NCBI GenBank assembly: GCA_963728915.1
Contig: CAVSLV010000001.1
Span: 1,184,001-1,248,000, forward strand
Origin: an uncultured Gemmatimonadales bacterium
GTDB lineage: Bacteria; Gemmatimonadota; Gemmatimonadetes; Gemmatimonadales; GWC2-71-9
Reading direction: 5' to 3'
DNA length: 64,000 nt
Every line of letters starts with the position of its first letter. Position 1 is the stretch's first letter. The position numbers were made by a program, and so were the translations under genes. Of the stretch, positions 50,673 to 58,945 are shown one piece after another. The notes beneath the pieces were generated by a model. The model was not told the origin of the DNA. It searched no databases and saw only the letters and a program-made list of their open reading frames with translations.

Positions 50673-50807
50673 CGACGGACGGAATCCTGCATCCCGCTCG
50701 TCAAGGAAGCCCGGGTTCCCGGGCCGCTGTGCGCCTCATCGCACCTGCGTCGTCATGTTACTGTCGTGCCGGGAGCGGCGCAAGGATTCGGGGACGGATT
50801 CGGGGCC

Positions 50808-50836
50808 TTGCGGATCGATCTCGACGATCATAGCTT
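50808..50836 (+). promoter_or_regulatory. Putative sigma70 promoter with an upstream GGATTCGGGG direct repeat
   Basis: TTGCGG-17 bp-TAGCTT; GGATTCGGGG at 50784-50793 and 50796-50805. Confidence 0.6.
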
Positions 50837-50841
50837 GGCCA

Positions 50842-50957
50842 AAGGAAAAGGAAACACACCGATCGGTCTCCGGACCGACGGGCCTTGTCGGATGGAGCGT
50901 GGCTCCATCAGCCGAAGGCGCCAAACCGCGAAGGCGGGATGGCGCCTTTCTTTTTTT
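50842..50957 (+). ncRNA. Candidate structured leader RNA or sRNA ending in an intrinsic terminator
   Basis: Three consecutive hairpins after the promoter; the last is GAAGGCGCCA/TGGCGCCTTT followed by a T-tract. Confidence 0.45.
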
Positions 50958-50974
50958 CCACAGGCGAGGACTGA

Positions 50975-51154
50975 ATGCTGCTTCGCACAGCGGGTGCCTT
51001 CCTGGTGTTGACCCTCGCCACGGGGGCGGTGGGCTTCGGGGGGCGGTTGGCCCATTCCAGCGGCGTCCTGCAGACCCTGTTTTTCCTCTTCCTGAGCGGA
51101 TTCCTGGTCCTGTTGCTCACCGGCCTGGCCACCGCGCGGGGACGCGCGGGTTAG
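50975..51154 (+). CDS. DUF1328 (YtjA-like) small membrane protein
   Basis: MLLRTAGAFLVLTLATGAVGFGG...LFFLFLSGFLVLLLTG; GAGGA Shine-Dalgarno. Not in the ORF track (59 aa). Confidence 0.7.
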   Translation: MLLRTAGAFLVLTLATGAVGFGGRLAHSSGVLQTLFFLFLSGFLVLLLTGLATARGRAG

Positions 51155-51174
51155 GCCAGGCCGTGCTGGCGAGT

Positions 51175-51684
51175 ATGGACCACCTGCTGGTCGATCAGCT
51201 CCGCGATCTCTACAGCGCGGAGACCCAGATCGAGGCGGCCATCCCCACCCTGATCGCCAGGGTGCAATCGGGGGCACTTCGGGACGTCTTCGAACGGCAC
51301 TTCGATGATACCGGCCGGAACATTCTTCGGCTGCAGGAAATGCTGAAGCACCTCCAGGCCAGCGCGCGGGGACCCCGCTGCCTCGCCATGACGGCCTTGC
51401 TCCAGGAAGCTGAGGAAGCCGCGCGAATGGCTCGGTCCGGTGAGGTCCTGGACCTGATGCTCGCGGCCGGACTCCGACGGGTTGTCGTGTATGAGCTGGT
51501 CGGGCTTGGCGCGGCGCGAGTCTGCGCGCTCCGCCTGGATCAACAGAGGGTCACCGACCTCCTGGATCTGACCCTGATGGAGCGCGGTGAAGTGGAGGCG
51601 AGGTTGCGCCGACTGACGACCACCGAAGAGCTGGAAGAGATGGCGTGTGCTGCAGCATCCCAGGCCATGGCAGAAAGAGAATAG
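51175..51684 (+). CDS. DUF892/YciF ferritin-like protein, divergent
   Basis: LRDLYSAETQ, L...FERH..DT, C.AM..LL.EA, YE..G, LL..TL.E. Confidence 0.8.
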   Translation: MDHLLVDQLRDLYSAETQIEAAIPTLIARVQSGALRDVFERHFDDTGRNILRLQEMLKHLQASARGPRCLAMTALLQEAEEAARMARSGEVLDLMLAAGLRRVVVYELVGLGAARVCALRLDQQRVTDLLDLTLMERGEVEARLRRLTTTEELEEMACAAASQAMAERE

Positions 51685-51777
51685 GCCCGGACGCTCGAAT
51701 CCCACCTAAACGAACGTCCGACCTAACCGTCGCTCAGAAGGCCTCCCCGGCCCCTGAGCGGCGGGGCCTATTCCCTT

Positions 51778-51864
51778 GGCGGACAGGCGGAAGGGCGGAC
51801 AGCAAAAAGGCGGACAGATGCGTCGTCCGCCTGTCCGCCTGTCCGCCTGTCCGCCTGTCCCCCT
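51778..51864. repeat. Octamer-tandem palindrome: GGCGGACA x4 followed by GTCCGCCT x5
   Basis: Read directly; lies between convergent genes. Confidence 0.88.
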
Positions 51865-52276
51865 ATTCTACCGCTCGGAACTCGCCGCAGGCGACCACCG
51901 TCCCGTCCTGGTGCACCTGAATGATGTGACTTCCGGTCGCCGGCGCAGGTACTGCGAGGGTCACTGCGGCTTGGGCCACGCCGCCGGCGCCAACCTGAAG
52001 GACCGGATACCCTGAGCCCTCGACCCCGCCGGGGGACGCGCACGTGCCGGTATGCATATGCCAATTCAGCGTGGAGTTCGGTGGCCCATTTCGGATCGAA
52101 ATGATGAAATGAGTACCATCTCCCTGGGTTTCCGCCGTGGCGCCACCCCGCACCGACGCACTGCCAACCGGCTCGAGGAGCGCACGCCATTTCGCCGCCG
52201 GGGGGGCTGCAGCGATCAAGATCCCGGCCGCAAGCATCGCGGCGGCGGATTTCGTCCCGACCAAAGTGGCCTCCAA
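51863..52276 (-). CDS. Small secreted CHRD / Cu-Zn SOD-like beta-sandwich protein
   Basis: Signal-like N-terminus; WHMHTGTC..PG, IQVH...VVACG. Confidence 0.6.
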   Translation of the reverse strand: MEATLVGTKSAAAMLAAGILIAAAPPAAKWRALLEPVGSASVRGGATAETQGDGTHFIISIRNGPPNSTLNWHMHTGTCASPGGVEGSGYPVLQVGAGGVAQAAVTLAVPAPATGSHIIQVHQDGTVVACGEFRAVE

Positions 52277-52372
52277 GGTGTAAGAAGTTGCGCCAGCGGT
52301 CCTGTACGGCCGCTACCTGTTAGACGCACACTGACCGATGGTTCGCACGAATCGCGCCGGGGGAGGGCCTGC

Positions 52373-52663
52373 CTAATAGGCACCCCTGACCACATGGCCC
52401 GGCTCAGCCATTTGGTGTACTGTGGCGAGGAATCGCTTTGCCAGTTTATCGATCTCGCTCTCGCCGGGTTGATTGGTTTCGACCGTCACCAGCGTGTAGT
52501 GGCCGCCTTCCGCCTGCACGGACACGCCGAGTTGGCCGATAGGGCCTCCGAACTTCCGTGCCCGAACGCCTTCCGAAAGGGGCGAGAGGTGTGCCCCGAA
52601 GAACTCCGTCACGTGCTGGATGACGGCTTCGGGCGAGACGGTGGTCCGATGGAAGTATTTCAC
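52373..52663 (-). CDS. Small hypothetical protein, third gene of the inositol operon
   Basis: GTG start 7 nt after the ino1 stop; protein-like composition. Confidence 0.75.
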   Translation of the reverse strand: MKYFHRTTVSPEAVIQHVTEFFGAHLSPLSEGVRARKFGGPIGQLGVSVQAEGGHYTLVTVETNQPGESEIDKLAKRFLATVHQMAEPGHVVRGAY

Positions 52664-52670
52664 GGGGACC

Positions 52671-54005
52671 CTATTCCTTGCCGTACTCGTAGTACTCGAC
52701 GCCGAGGTGGGTGATCGGTTCCTCGCCCATCAGGTAGCGCAACGTATTCTTGAGTTTGGTCTGCTGGATGAAGAGATCATGTTCGGGATAGAGGCCGGGA
52801 GCTACCTGGGGACTCTTGAAGTAAAAGGACAGCCACTCCTGCACCCCGAAGAAACCGGCCCGCTGGGCCAGGTCGAAGAACAAGGCGAGGTCGAGGACCA
52901 GCGGGGCGGCGAGAATCGAGTCCCGGCACAGGAAATCGACCTTGATCTGCATGGGATAGCCGCACCACCCGAAGATGTCGATGTTGTCCCAGCCCTCCTT
53001 GTTGTCGCCCCGGGGCGGGTAGTAGTTGATCCGAACCTTGTGATACAGGTGGCCATACAGCTCGGGATACAGCTTGGGTTGGAGGATGTATTCCAGGACC
53101 CCGAGCTTGGATTCCTCCTTGGTCTTGAAGCTCTCCGGGTCGTCGAGCACTTCCCCGTCCCGGTTCCCCAGGATATTGGTCGAGTACCAGCCCGATACCC
53201 CGAGCATCCTCGCTTTGAACATCGGGGACAGCACGGTCTTCACCATGGTCTGCCCGGTCTTGAAGTCCTTGCCACCGATCGCGATCCGACGCTGCGCGGC
53301 GAGCTCCACCAGCGCCGGCGCATCGACGGTCAGGTTGGGCGCCCCATTGGCGAACGGGACATTCTCCATCAAAGCAGCCCAGGCATACAGCATGGACGGG
53401 GCAATGGCCGGGCTGTTCGCATCCATCGCCTTTTCGAAGGCGGCGAGCGAGGCGTGTTCGGGACCCGGGGCGATGAAGATCTCGGTCGAGGCGCACCACA
53501 CCACCACCGTTCGGGAAACGCCGGTGCGGGACTTGAACTCCCGGATATCCTTCCGCAACGCTTCCGCCAGCTCGCGCTTGGACGAGCCCGGCTTCACGTT
53601 GGTGCCCTGCAGTCGCTTCACGTAGTGCTGATCGAACACGGCGGGCATCGGAACCAGCGGCTCGAGGAAATCCCGGATGGCCTCGACGTGTTCGTGCCGG
53701 TCCAGGACCCCGCATTTGATCGCCGCCTGATAGGCGTTGTCGGGGATCGGGTCCCAGGCGCCGAACACCAGGTCGTCGAGCCCGGCGAGCGGAACGAAGT
53801 CCTTGATCAAGGGGGCGCGTTGTTCGGTCCGACGGCCCAACCGGATGGTGGCGAGCTGGGTGAGGGAGCCAAACGGCTTGGCTTTCTGCCGCCGGGCCAG
53901 CTCCACGCCGGCGATGAAGGTCGAGGCAACCGCACCAAGCCCCACGCACAGCACACCGAGCTTGCCGGACGCGGGCGCAATGGAACGGGGAGTCGACTCA
54001 GGCAT
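52671..54005 (-). CDS. ino1: myo-inositol-1-phosphate synthase
   Basis: GLGAVAS, WCASTE, FANGAP, GKDFKTGQT, NILGNRDG, YYPPRGDNK, RDSILAAPLVLDL. Confidence 0.93.
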   Translation of the reverse strand: MPESTPRSIAPASGKLGVLCVGLGAVASTFIAGVELARRQKAKPFGSLTQLATIRLGRRTEQRAPLIKDFVPLAGLDDLVFGAWDPIPDNAYQAAIKCGVLDRHEHVEAIRDFLEPLVPMPAVFDQHYVKRLQGTNVKPGSSKRELAEALRKDIREFKSRTGVSRTVVVWCASTEIFIAPGPEHASLAAFEKAMDANSPAIAPSMLYAWAALMENVPFANGAPNLTVDAPALVELAAQRRIAIGGKDFKTGQTMVKTVLSPMFKARMLGVSGWYSTNILGNRDGEVLDDPESFKTKEESKLGVLEYILQPKLYPELYGHLYHKVRINYYPPRGDNKEGWDNIDIFGWCGYPMQIKVDFLCRDSILAAPLVLDLALFFDLAQRAGFFGVQEWLSFYFKSPQVAPGLYPEHDLFIQQTKLKNTLRYLMGEEPITHLGVEYYEYGKE

Positions 54006-54010
54006 CCGGC

Positions 54011-54640
54011 TCAGGTCCTTTCGTCGCGGGTTATCCGATGGACGTACACGAACCGCTGTATCACCGTGATGATGGAAAAGAACGCCAGGGCCGCCACCAC
54101 GATCTGGAGCGCCAGCACCTCATAGGGTCCATCGCCGAGGAGGATCGAGGCGGCCCCGAGCGCGATCAACCGCTCGGCTCGCTGGACGATGCCGACCTTG
54201 CATTCCAACCCGAGACCCTCGGCGCGAGCCCGGGCGTAGGAAACCAGCAGGCTGCTCCACACCGCAACCATGCAGAGCGTGATGGTTGCGATGCGCCAGG
54301 GGACCGCGGGAGTCCACAGGAGGAATACCGCGATCCCAATGAAGGTCGCTCCGTCGCCAACCCGATCGAGGGTCGAATCGTAGAACGCCCCGAATTTGGA
54401 AACCTGATGCCCATGGCGCGCCACCTGCCCGTCCAGGGTGTCGACCACCCCACTCCCAAGCAGCAGAATGCCCCCGAGCCGAATCCAGCCAAGTCCGTAG
54501 GCCACCGCGGAGACAACGACAAAGAGTGCCCCGACTGTGGTGATCGTATTGGGTGAAATCCGACGCCGGCGCAGCCACTCGGCGAGCGGGAATGTGGCGC
54601 CCAGAAACCCCCTCTCCACGAATTTCGGGACGAGTTTCAT
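54011..54640 (-). CDS. CDP-alcohol phosphatidyltransferase, PIP-synthase-like
   Basis: SPNTIT, DTLDGQVAR...GAFYDSTLDR..D, SYARARAE, G...RAER. Confidence 0.9.
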   Translation of the reverse strand: MKLVPKFVERGFLGATFPLAEWLRRRRISPNTITTVGALFVVVSAVAYGLGWIRLGGILLLGSGVVDTLDGQVARHGHQVSKFGAFYDSTLDRVGDGATFIGIAVFLLWTPAVPWRIATITLCMVAVWSSLLVSYARARAEGLGLECKVGIVQRAERLIALGAASILLGDGPYEVLALQIVVAALAFFSIITVIQRFVYVHRITRDERT

Positions 54641-54752
54641 CGGGCTCCGACTGCGCCCCGGAAGAGAGGAAGTATCAAGCATTACAATGGGTTAGGAGGG
54701 GCGGAAGATAGTCCCGGATGCGGCCCCCGGCAAACTTCCCTGCCCCAGGTAT

Positions 54753-55973
54753 TCACCGGTAGAGCAGCAGGCCTCGGCGGGACTGCTCCCACCGCGCGAT
54801 CTCAGGCTGCCAACCGGAAACGATCCCCCGGGGTGGCGTGCCGGCTAGAATTGCCTCGCGAAGCGTGGGCCCGCCAGCCAGACGATCGAATCCCGCAGCC
54901 CGGAAGCCGATCTCGTCAGGGTACATCCGGTGGAGAATGGCGAGAAGCGCCACCGCGGTAAGCAGCGGATCATAGGTGGCGGCGTCCGTGAGCACCAACC
55001 GGATCCCGTGCACCGGGATCGATCCGTACTTGCTGTCCGAGGGGTCGCGCGGCGTGAAATCGACCTTCTGGAAGCGGACCCCAGGCAAGCGGGCCTCGGA
55101 GAGCTCCCGGAGTACCTTGTCCGCCTCCAACCAGGGAGCACCGATCTGGCGGAACGGCGCATCGGTACCTCGGCCCACGGAAAGCGCGGTGCCCTCGAAG
55201 TGCACCAGCCCCGGATAGTGGAAGAGGCTCTCGGGATCCTTGAGGTTCGGACTGGGGGCGATGAATGGCAGCCCGGTGTCCAGGATGGTCATCCCACGTG
55301 ACCATCCAGCGGCGGGAATGACCCCCAGATCGGTGCCCAGGCCCAGCTCCCGATTGGCCAGGCGAGCCAGTTCTCCCAACGTCAGGCCATGACGCATCGG
55401 CATGGCCAGGGCACCGACGAAGGAGCGATAGGACGGATCGAGCAGGTTCCCCTGGACGGCTCCTCCGATGGGGTTGGGACGATCCAGAATCACTACCCGC
55501 TTGCCAAACCGTGCCGCCGCCCGCATGACTTCAATGGTGGTGCTGAGATAGGTATAGGAGCGGGCTCCCACGTCGGGCAGGTCCACGAGCAGGAGTTGGA
55601 CTCCCGCAAGCATGGAGTCGGTGGGCGCCCGTCGATCGCCATAGAGGCTGTAGATTGGAAGACCGGTGGCGCTGTCCCGCGAAGAGGCTACGATTTCGCC
55701 GGGCTCGGCGGTCCCACGAAACCCGTGTTCGGGACTGTACAGTGCCACCAGGTGGAGTCCCGCTTCGCGCAACCGTTCCACGTCGCTCCGGCCGGCCGCA
55801 TCGATGCCGCCCTGGTTCGTGACCAGGCCGATGCCGGCCTCCCGAACAACGTGGAGACTGTCTCGAAGCAGGACGTCAATCCCGGGAAGGACGGCCGGCC
55901 GGACCGGTTGGGCGGGGTTCGGGGCCGACCCGACGCATCCCACGAGCACCAACATCATGATCCTCGAGCGCAT
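54753..55973 (-). CDS. namZ: DUF1343 exo-beta-N-acetylmuramidase
   Basis: GLVTNQ, SPEHGFRG, YSLYG, DLPDVGARSYTY, LDRPNPIGG, RHGLTLGELA, PSPNL, SVGRGT. Confidence 0.92.
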   Translation of the reverse strand: MRSRIMMLVLVGCVGSAPNPAQPVRPAVLPGIDVLLRDSLHVVREAGIGLVTNQGGIDAAGRSDVERLREAGLHLVALYSPEHGFRGTAEPGEIVASSRDSATGLPIYSLYGDRRAPTDSMLAGVQLLLVDLPDVGARSYTYLSTTIEVMRAAARFGKRVVILDRPNPIGGAVQGNLLDPSYRSFVGALAMPMRHGLTLGELARLANRELGLGTDLGVIPAAGWSRGMTILDTGLPFIAPSPNLKDPESLFHYPGLVHFEGTALSVGRGTDAPFRQIGAPWLEADKVLRELSEARLPGVRFQKVDFTPRDPSDSKYGSIPVHGIRLVLTDAATYDPLLTAVALLAILHRMYPDEIGFRAAGFDRLAGGPTLREAILAGTPPRGIVSGWQPEIARWEQSRRGLLLYR

Positions 55974-57698
55974 GTGACCTCACCGATTCGTGTTCGCACT
56001 CTGGCCTGTTGGCTGCTGGTGGCCCCGGTGGGCGCCGCCGCCCAGACTCCATCTCCCAAACCCTTTCCGGTGGTCGCCCGGTTGCTCCGAACCCTCCCGC
56101 TGCGGGATCGCATTGCCCAGCTGGTCATGCCCTGGATTCCGGGAACCTATACGGCGTTCGACGATTCGACGTTCGCCCAGGTCCTGGAATGGGTGGACTC
56201 CGTGCACGTCGGGGGCATCGTCGTTTCGATCGGATCGCCCCTCGACATTGCCGCCAAGCTGAACTATCTGCAGCGGCGTTCCCGACTCCCCATCCTCGTA
56301 GCGTCGGATCTCGAAGGGGGAACCAGTGTCCGCTTCAATGGAGGCATTCCCTTCCCGACCAATATGGGCGTGGGCGCGACTCGGAGCGAATCCGACGCCT
56401 ATGAAATGGGGCGCATCACGGCGGCGGAGGGACGGGCCGCGGGCATTCACCTGACCTTTTCTCCGGTGGCGGACGTCAACAACAATCCGGCCAACCCGAT
56501 CATCAACACCCGCGCGTTCGGCGGCGATCCCATCGCAGTCGCTCGGCTGGTGGCCGCGGCGGTCCAGGGAACCGAGGATGGCGGAATGCTGGCGACCGCC
56601 AAGCATTTCCCCGGACATGGGGACACCGACACCGATTCGCACATTTCGCTCCCGGTGATCCGGGCGGACTGGAACCGGCTCAATTCCCTGGAGCTGGTCC
56701 CTTTTCGTGCCGCGATCGCGGCTGGTGTGTCGGTCGTCATGTCGGCCCACATCGCGCTGCCAAGGCTCGAAGGTGACTCCAGCCGCCCCGCCACGCTTGC
56801 CCCCGAAATCCTGACCGGGATTCTTCGCGACTCGCTCCGGTTCAACGGGCTGGTGGTGACCGATGCATTGAACATGGGGGCGCTGGTCGGAAAGTACGGG
56901 CCGGGTGAGGCCGCGGTGCTCGCCCTTCTGGCCGGCACCGACATCCTGCTCATGCCGGCGGACGCGCGCGCCGCGATCGACGCCGTCGAAGCGGCGGTCC
57001 AGTCGGGCAGGATCTCGGACGAACGACTTGACGCCTCGGTGATCCGGGTGCTGGAGGCCAAGCACAAGCTCGGGCTCTTTCAGCATCGAACCGTGGACCT
57101 CGATCGGCTTGGGATGGTCGTCGGGAATCGAGCCCACCAGGAAATTGCCCAGGACGTTTCCCAGCGCTCCCTGGTGCTGGTCCGGGATAGCCTCGGTATG
57201 CTCGACAGGCTTCGCCGGGCTGCTCAGCCGATCGCGATGGTGCTGTACTCCGATTCGTACTCTCAGCCGATGGGAGCGACGCTTCTCGCGGAATTGGGAC
57301 GGAAAGGCTATCGGGTCAGGTCCTTCCGGCTCTCCGCTGCCAGCGGTCCGGCCAGCTACGATTCCGCCGCCGCGGTGCTCCAATCGGCGCCCACCGCCGT
57401 GTTTGCGACCTCGGTCCGGGTCGCGGCCTGGCGAGGCGCCATTGCGTTGCCGGATTCGCTTGCCGCACTCATTGAGCGGTCCAGTGCCGAACGCCCGACC
57501 GGGCTGGTCTCCTTCGGGACGCCATACCTGCTGAGCCAGGTGCCCGACGTGGCCATGTACCTTCTGGCGTGGACCCCAAACCCGTTCACCGAGACCGCGG
57601 TGACCGGCGCCCTCACAGGATCGTCCATTACCGGACATCTCCCGATCGATCTCCCCCCTGGCTATAAGACCGGTTGGGGAATTCAAAAGAGTCATTGA
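55974..57698 (+). CDS. nagZ: GH3 beta-N-acetylglucosaminidase, secreted
   Basis: SDLEGG, PVADVNNNPANPIINTRAFG, KHFPGHGDTDTDSH, VTDALNM. Start uncertain (GTG 55974). Confidence 0.9.
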   Translation: MTSPIRVRTLACWLLVAPVGAAAQTPSPKPFPVVARLLRTLPLRDRIAQLVMPWIPGTYTAFDDSTFAQVLEWVDSVHVGGIVVSIGSPLDIAAKLNYLQRRSRLPILVASDLEGGTSVRFNGGIPFPTNMGVGATRSESDAYEMGRITAAEGRAAGIHLTFSPVADVNNNPANPIINTRAFGGDPIAVARLVAAAVQGTEDGGMLATAKHFPGHGDTDTDSHISLPVIRADWNRLNSLELVPFRAAIAAGVSVVMSAHIALPRLEGDSSRPATLAPEILTGILRDSLRFNGLVVTDALNMGALVGKYGPGEAAVLALLAGTDILLMPADARAAIDAVEAAVQSGRISDERLDASVIRVLEAKHKLGLFQHRTVDLDRLGMVVGNRAHQEIAQDVSQRSLVLVRDSLGMLDRLRRAAQPIAMVLYSDSYSQPMGATLLAELGRKGYRVRSFRLSAASGPASYDSAAAVLQSAPTAVFATSVRVAAWRGAIALPDSLAALIERSSAERPTGLVSFGTPYLLSQVPDVAMYLLAWTPNPFTETAVTGALTGSSITGHLPIDLPPGYKTGWGIQKSH

Positions 57699-58945
57699 GC
57701 GTCCGGTCTTTCCTGGCCTGGTCCAGCGTTTCCCTTCTGGCCGGAGGGTGCGGAAGGCTGGCTCCGCCGGAGCTGCCCTCGCCACGAGAACTCTGTTCCG
57801 GGCCACCATGCATGCTGGATTCCATCACCCAGGTGATCGATTCGGGGATCGCCGCGGGCGCCGCGCCCGGCGCCGTGCTCGCGGTGTCGTACCGGGGACA
57901 ACGCTATCTCTACGGGGCCGGCCGTCTCGCCCTGGATGACCCACGTCGTCCCGACGGGCACAGCATCTACGACCTGGCGTCCCTCACCAAGGTCGTCGCG
58001 ACGACGACGCTGGCGATGTTCGCGGTGAGTGAAGGCAAGCTCGATCTCGATGCTCCGGTTCAGCGCTATCTCCCAGAGTTCCGGGGCGCCGGGAAGGATC
58101 GCGTCACGGTTCGCCATCTCCTTACCCATTCCAGCGGCCTGCCCGCCGACCGCCCCATCTGGCGCCAGAGTCCGGACGCGGATTCGGCGCTTCGCTTGGT
58201 CAACGGCACCCGGCTCGATACGGTTCCCGGAGCCCGCATGGTGTATTCGGATCTCGGCGCGATTGTGCTGGGGGAGGTCATTGAGAAGGTCTACCACGGC
58301 CGATTGGACCGTCTGGCGGCCCGGAGAATCTTCCGGCCGCTGGGCATGGTTTCCACCGGGTTTCGACCCAACCGAAGACTCATCCCCCGCATTGCGGCGA
58401 CGGAATATGATTCGGCCTGGCGGAAGCGCATGGTGCGCGGCGAGGTGCATGATGAAAAGGCGGCCTGGCTGGGCGGTGTGGCGGGTCACGCGGGGTTATT
58501 CGCGAGCGCGGTGGACCTGATGTCGTTCGGAGAATGGTTGGTTGCAAGCGGATCGGCGGGCGGGCGGACCGACGGACCGGGGTGGAAACGAGCGATCCTT
58601 TCCGCCCTTCCGCCAGTCCGCCAGTTCGTCTGGAATGAGTTCACCCGCAGGCAGGACCTCGTCCCCGGCTCCTCGCGGGCCCTCGGCTGGGACACCCCAT
58701 CACAAGGGAGCAGCGCCGGGCACCGGCTCTCTCCCGAGAGTTTCGGTCACACTGGATTCACCGGGACTTCGATCTGGATCGATCCGACGCGAGAGCTGGT
58801 GATCGTCCTGCTCACCAACCGAGTGCACCCGACCCGGAACAACCCGAGGACCGGGCCGTTCCGGGTCGCGGTAGCAGATCGTGTCGTCGAGCTGCTGTTA
58901 TCGAGCGGTGTTACTTCCCGACCGCCACGTTCACCCGGGCATTGA
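57695..58945 (+). CDS. Serine hydrolase, beta-lactamase fold (AmiE/YbbE-like), possible lipoprotein
   Basis: SLTK (SxxK), YSD, GEVHDE..GGVAGHAGLF, GHTGFTGTS, LTNRVHP; TTGA overlap with the nagZ stop. Confidence 0.88.
   Translation: MSVRSFLAWSSVSLLAGGCGRLAPPELPSPRELCSGPPCMLDSITQVIDSGIAAGAAPGAVLAVSYRGQRYLYGAGRLALDDPRRPDGHSIYDLASLTKVVATTTLAMFAVSEGKLDLDAPVQRYLPEFRGAGKDRVTVRHLLTHSSGLPADRPIWRQSPDADSALRLVNGTRLDTVPGARMVYSDLGAIVLGEVIEKVYHGRLDRLAARRIFRPLGMVSTGFRPNRRLIPRIAATEYDSAWRKRMVRGEVHDEKAAWLGGVAGHAGLFASAVDLMSFGEWLVASGSAGGRTDGPGWKRAILSALPPVRQFVWNEFTRRQDLVPGSSRALGWDTPSQGSSAGHRLSPESFGHTGFTGTSIWIDPTRELVIVLLTNRVHPTRNNPRTGPFRVAVADRVVELLLSSGVTSRPPRSPGH
58547..58630. repeat. Degenerate octamer-tandem palindrome inside the serine hydrolase CDS
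   Basis: AGCGGATC GGCGGGCG GGCGGACC GACGGACC ... TTTCCGCC CTTCCGCC AGTCCGCC AGTTCGTC. Confidence 0.7.

Noticed and set aside
50914..50949. c-di-GMP-I riboswitch (CAAACC...GGGA resemblance)
   Set aside because: Only a P2-like fragment matches, the following GCAAAGC and P3 are absent, and the stem is the terminator itself.
46869..51864. CRISPR interpretation of the repeats
   Set aside because: Units are 8 bp, contiguous and inverted, with no spacers and no cas genes.
57695..58945. Antibiotic-resistance beta-lactamase
   Set aside because: The GEVHDE/GGVAGHAGLF motifs and the nagZ-namZ context indicate an AmiE-like recycling hydrolase.
58911..58945. 35-bp convergent overlap of the hydrolase and barrel genes
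   Set aside because: Short 3' overlaps are common in compact GC-rich genomes and no further signal was seen.
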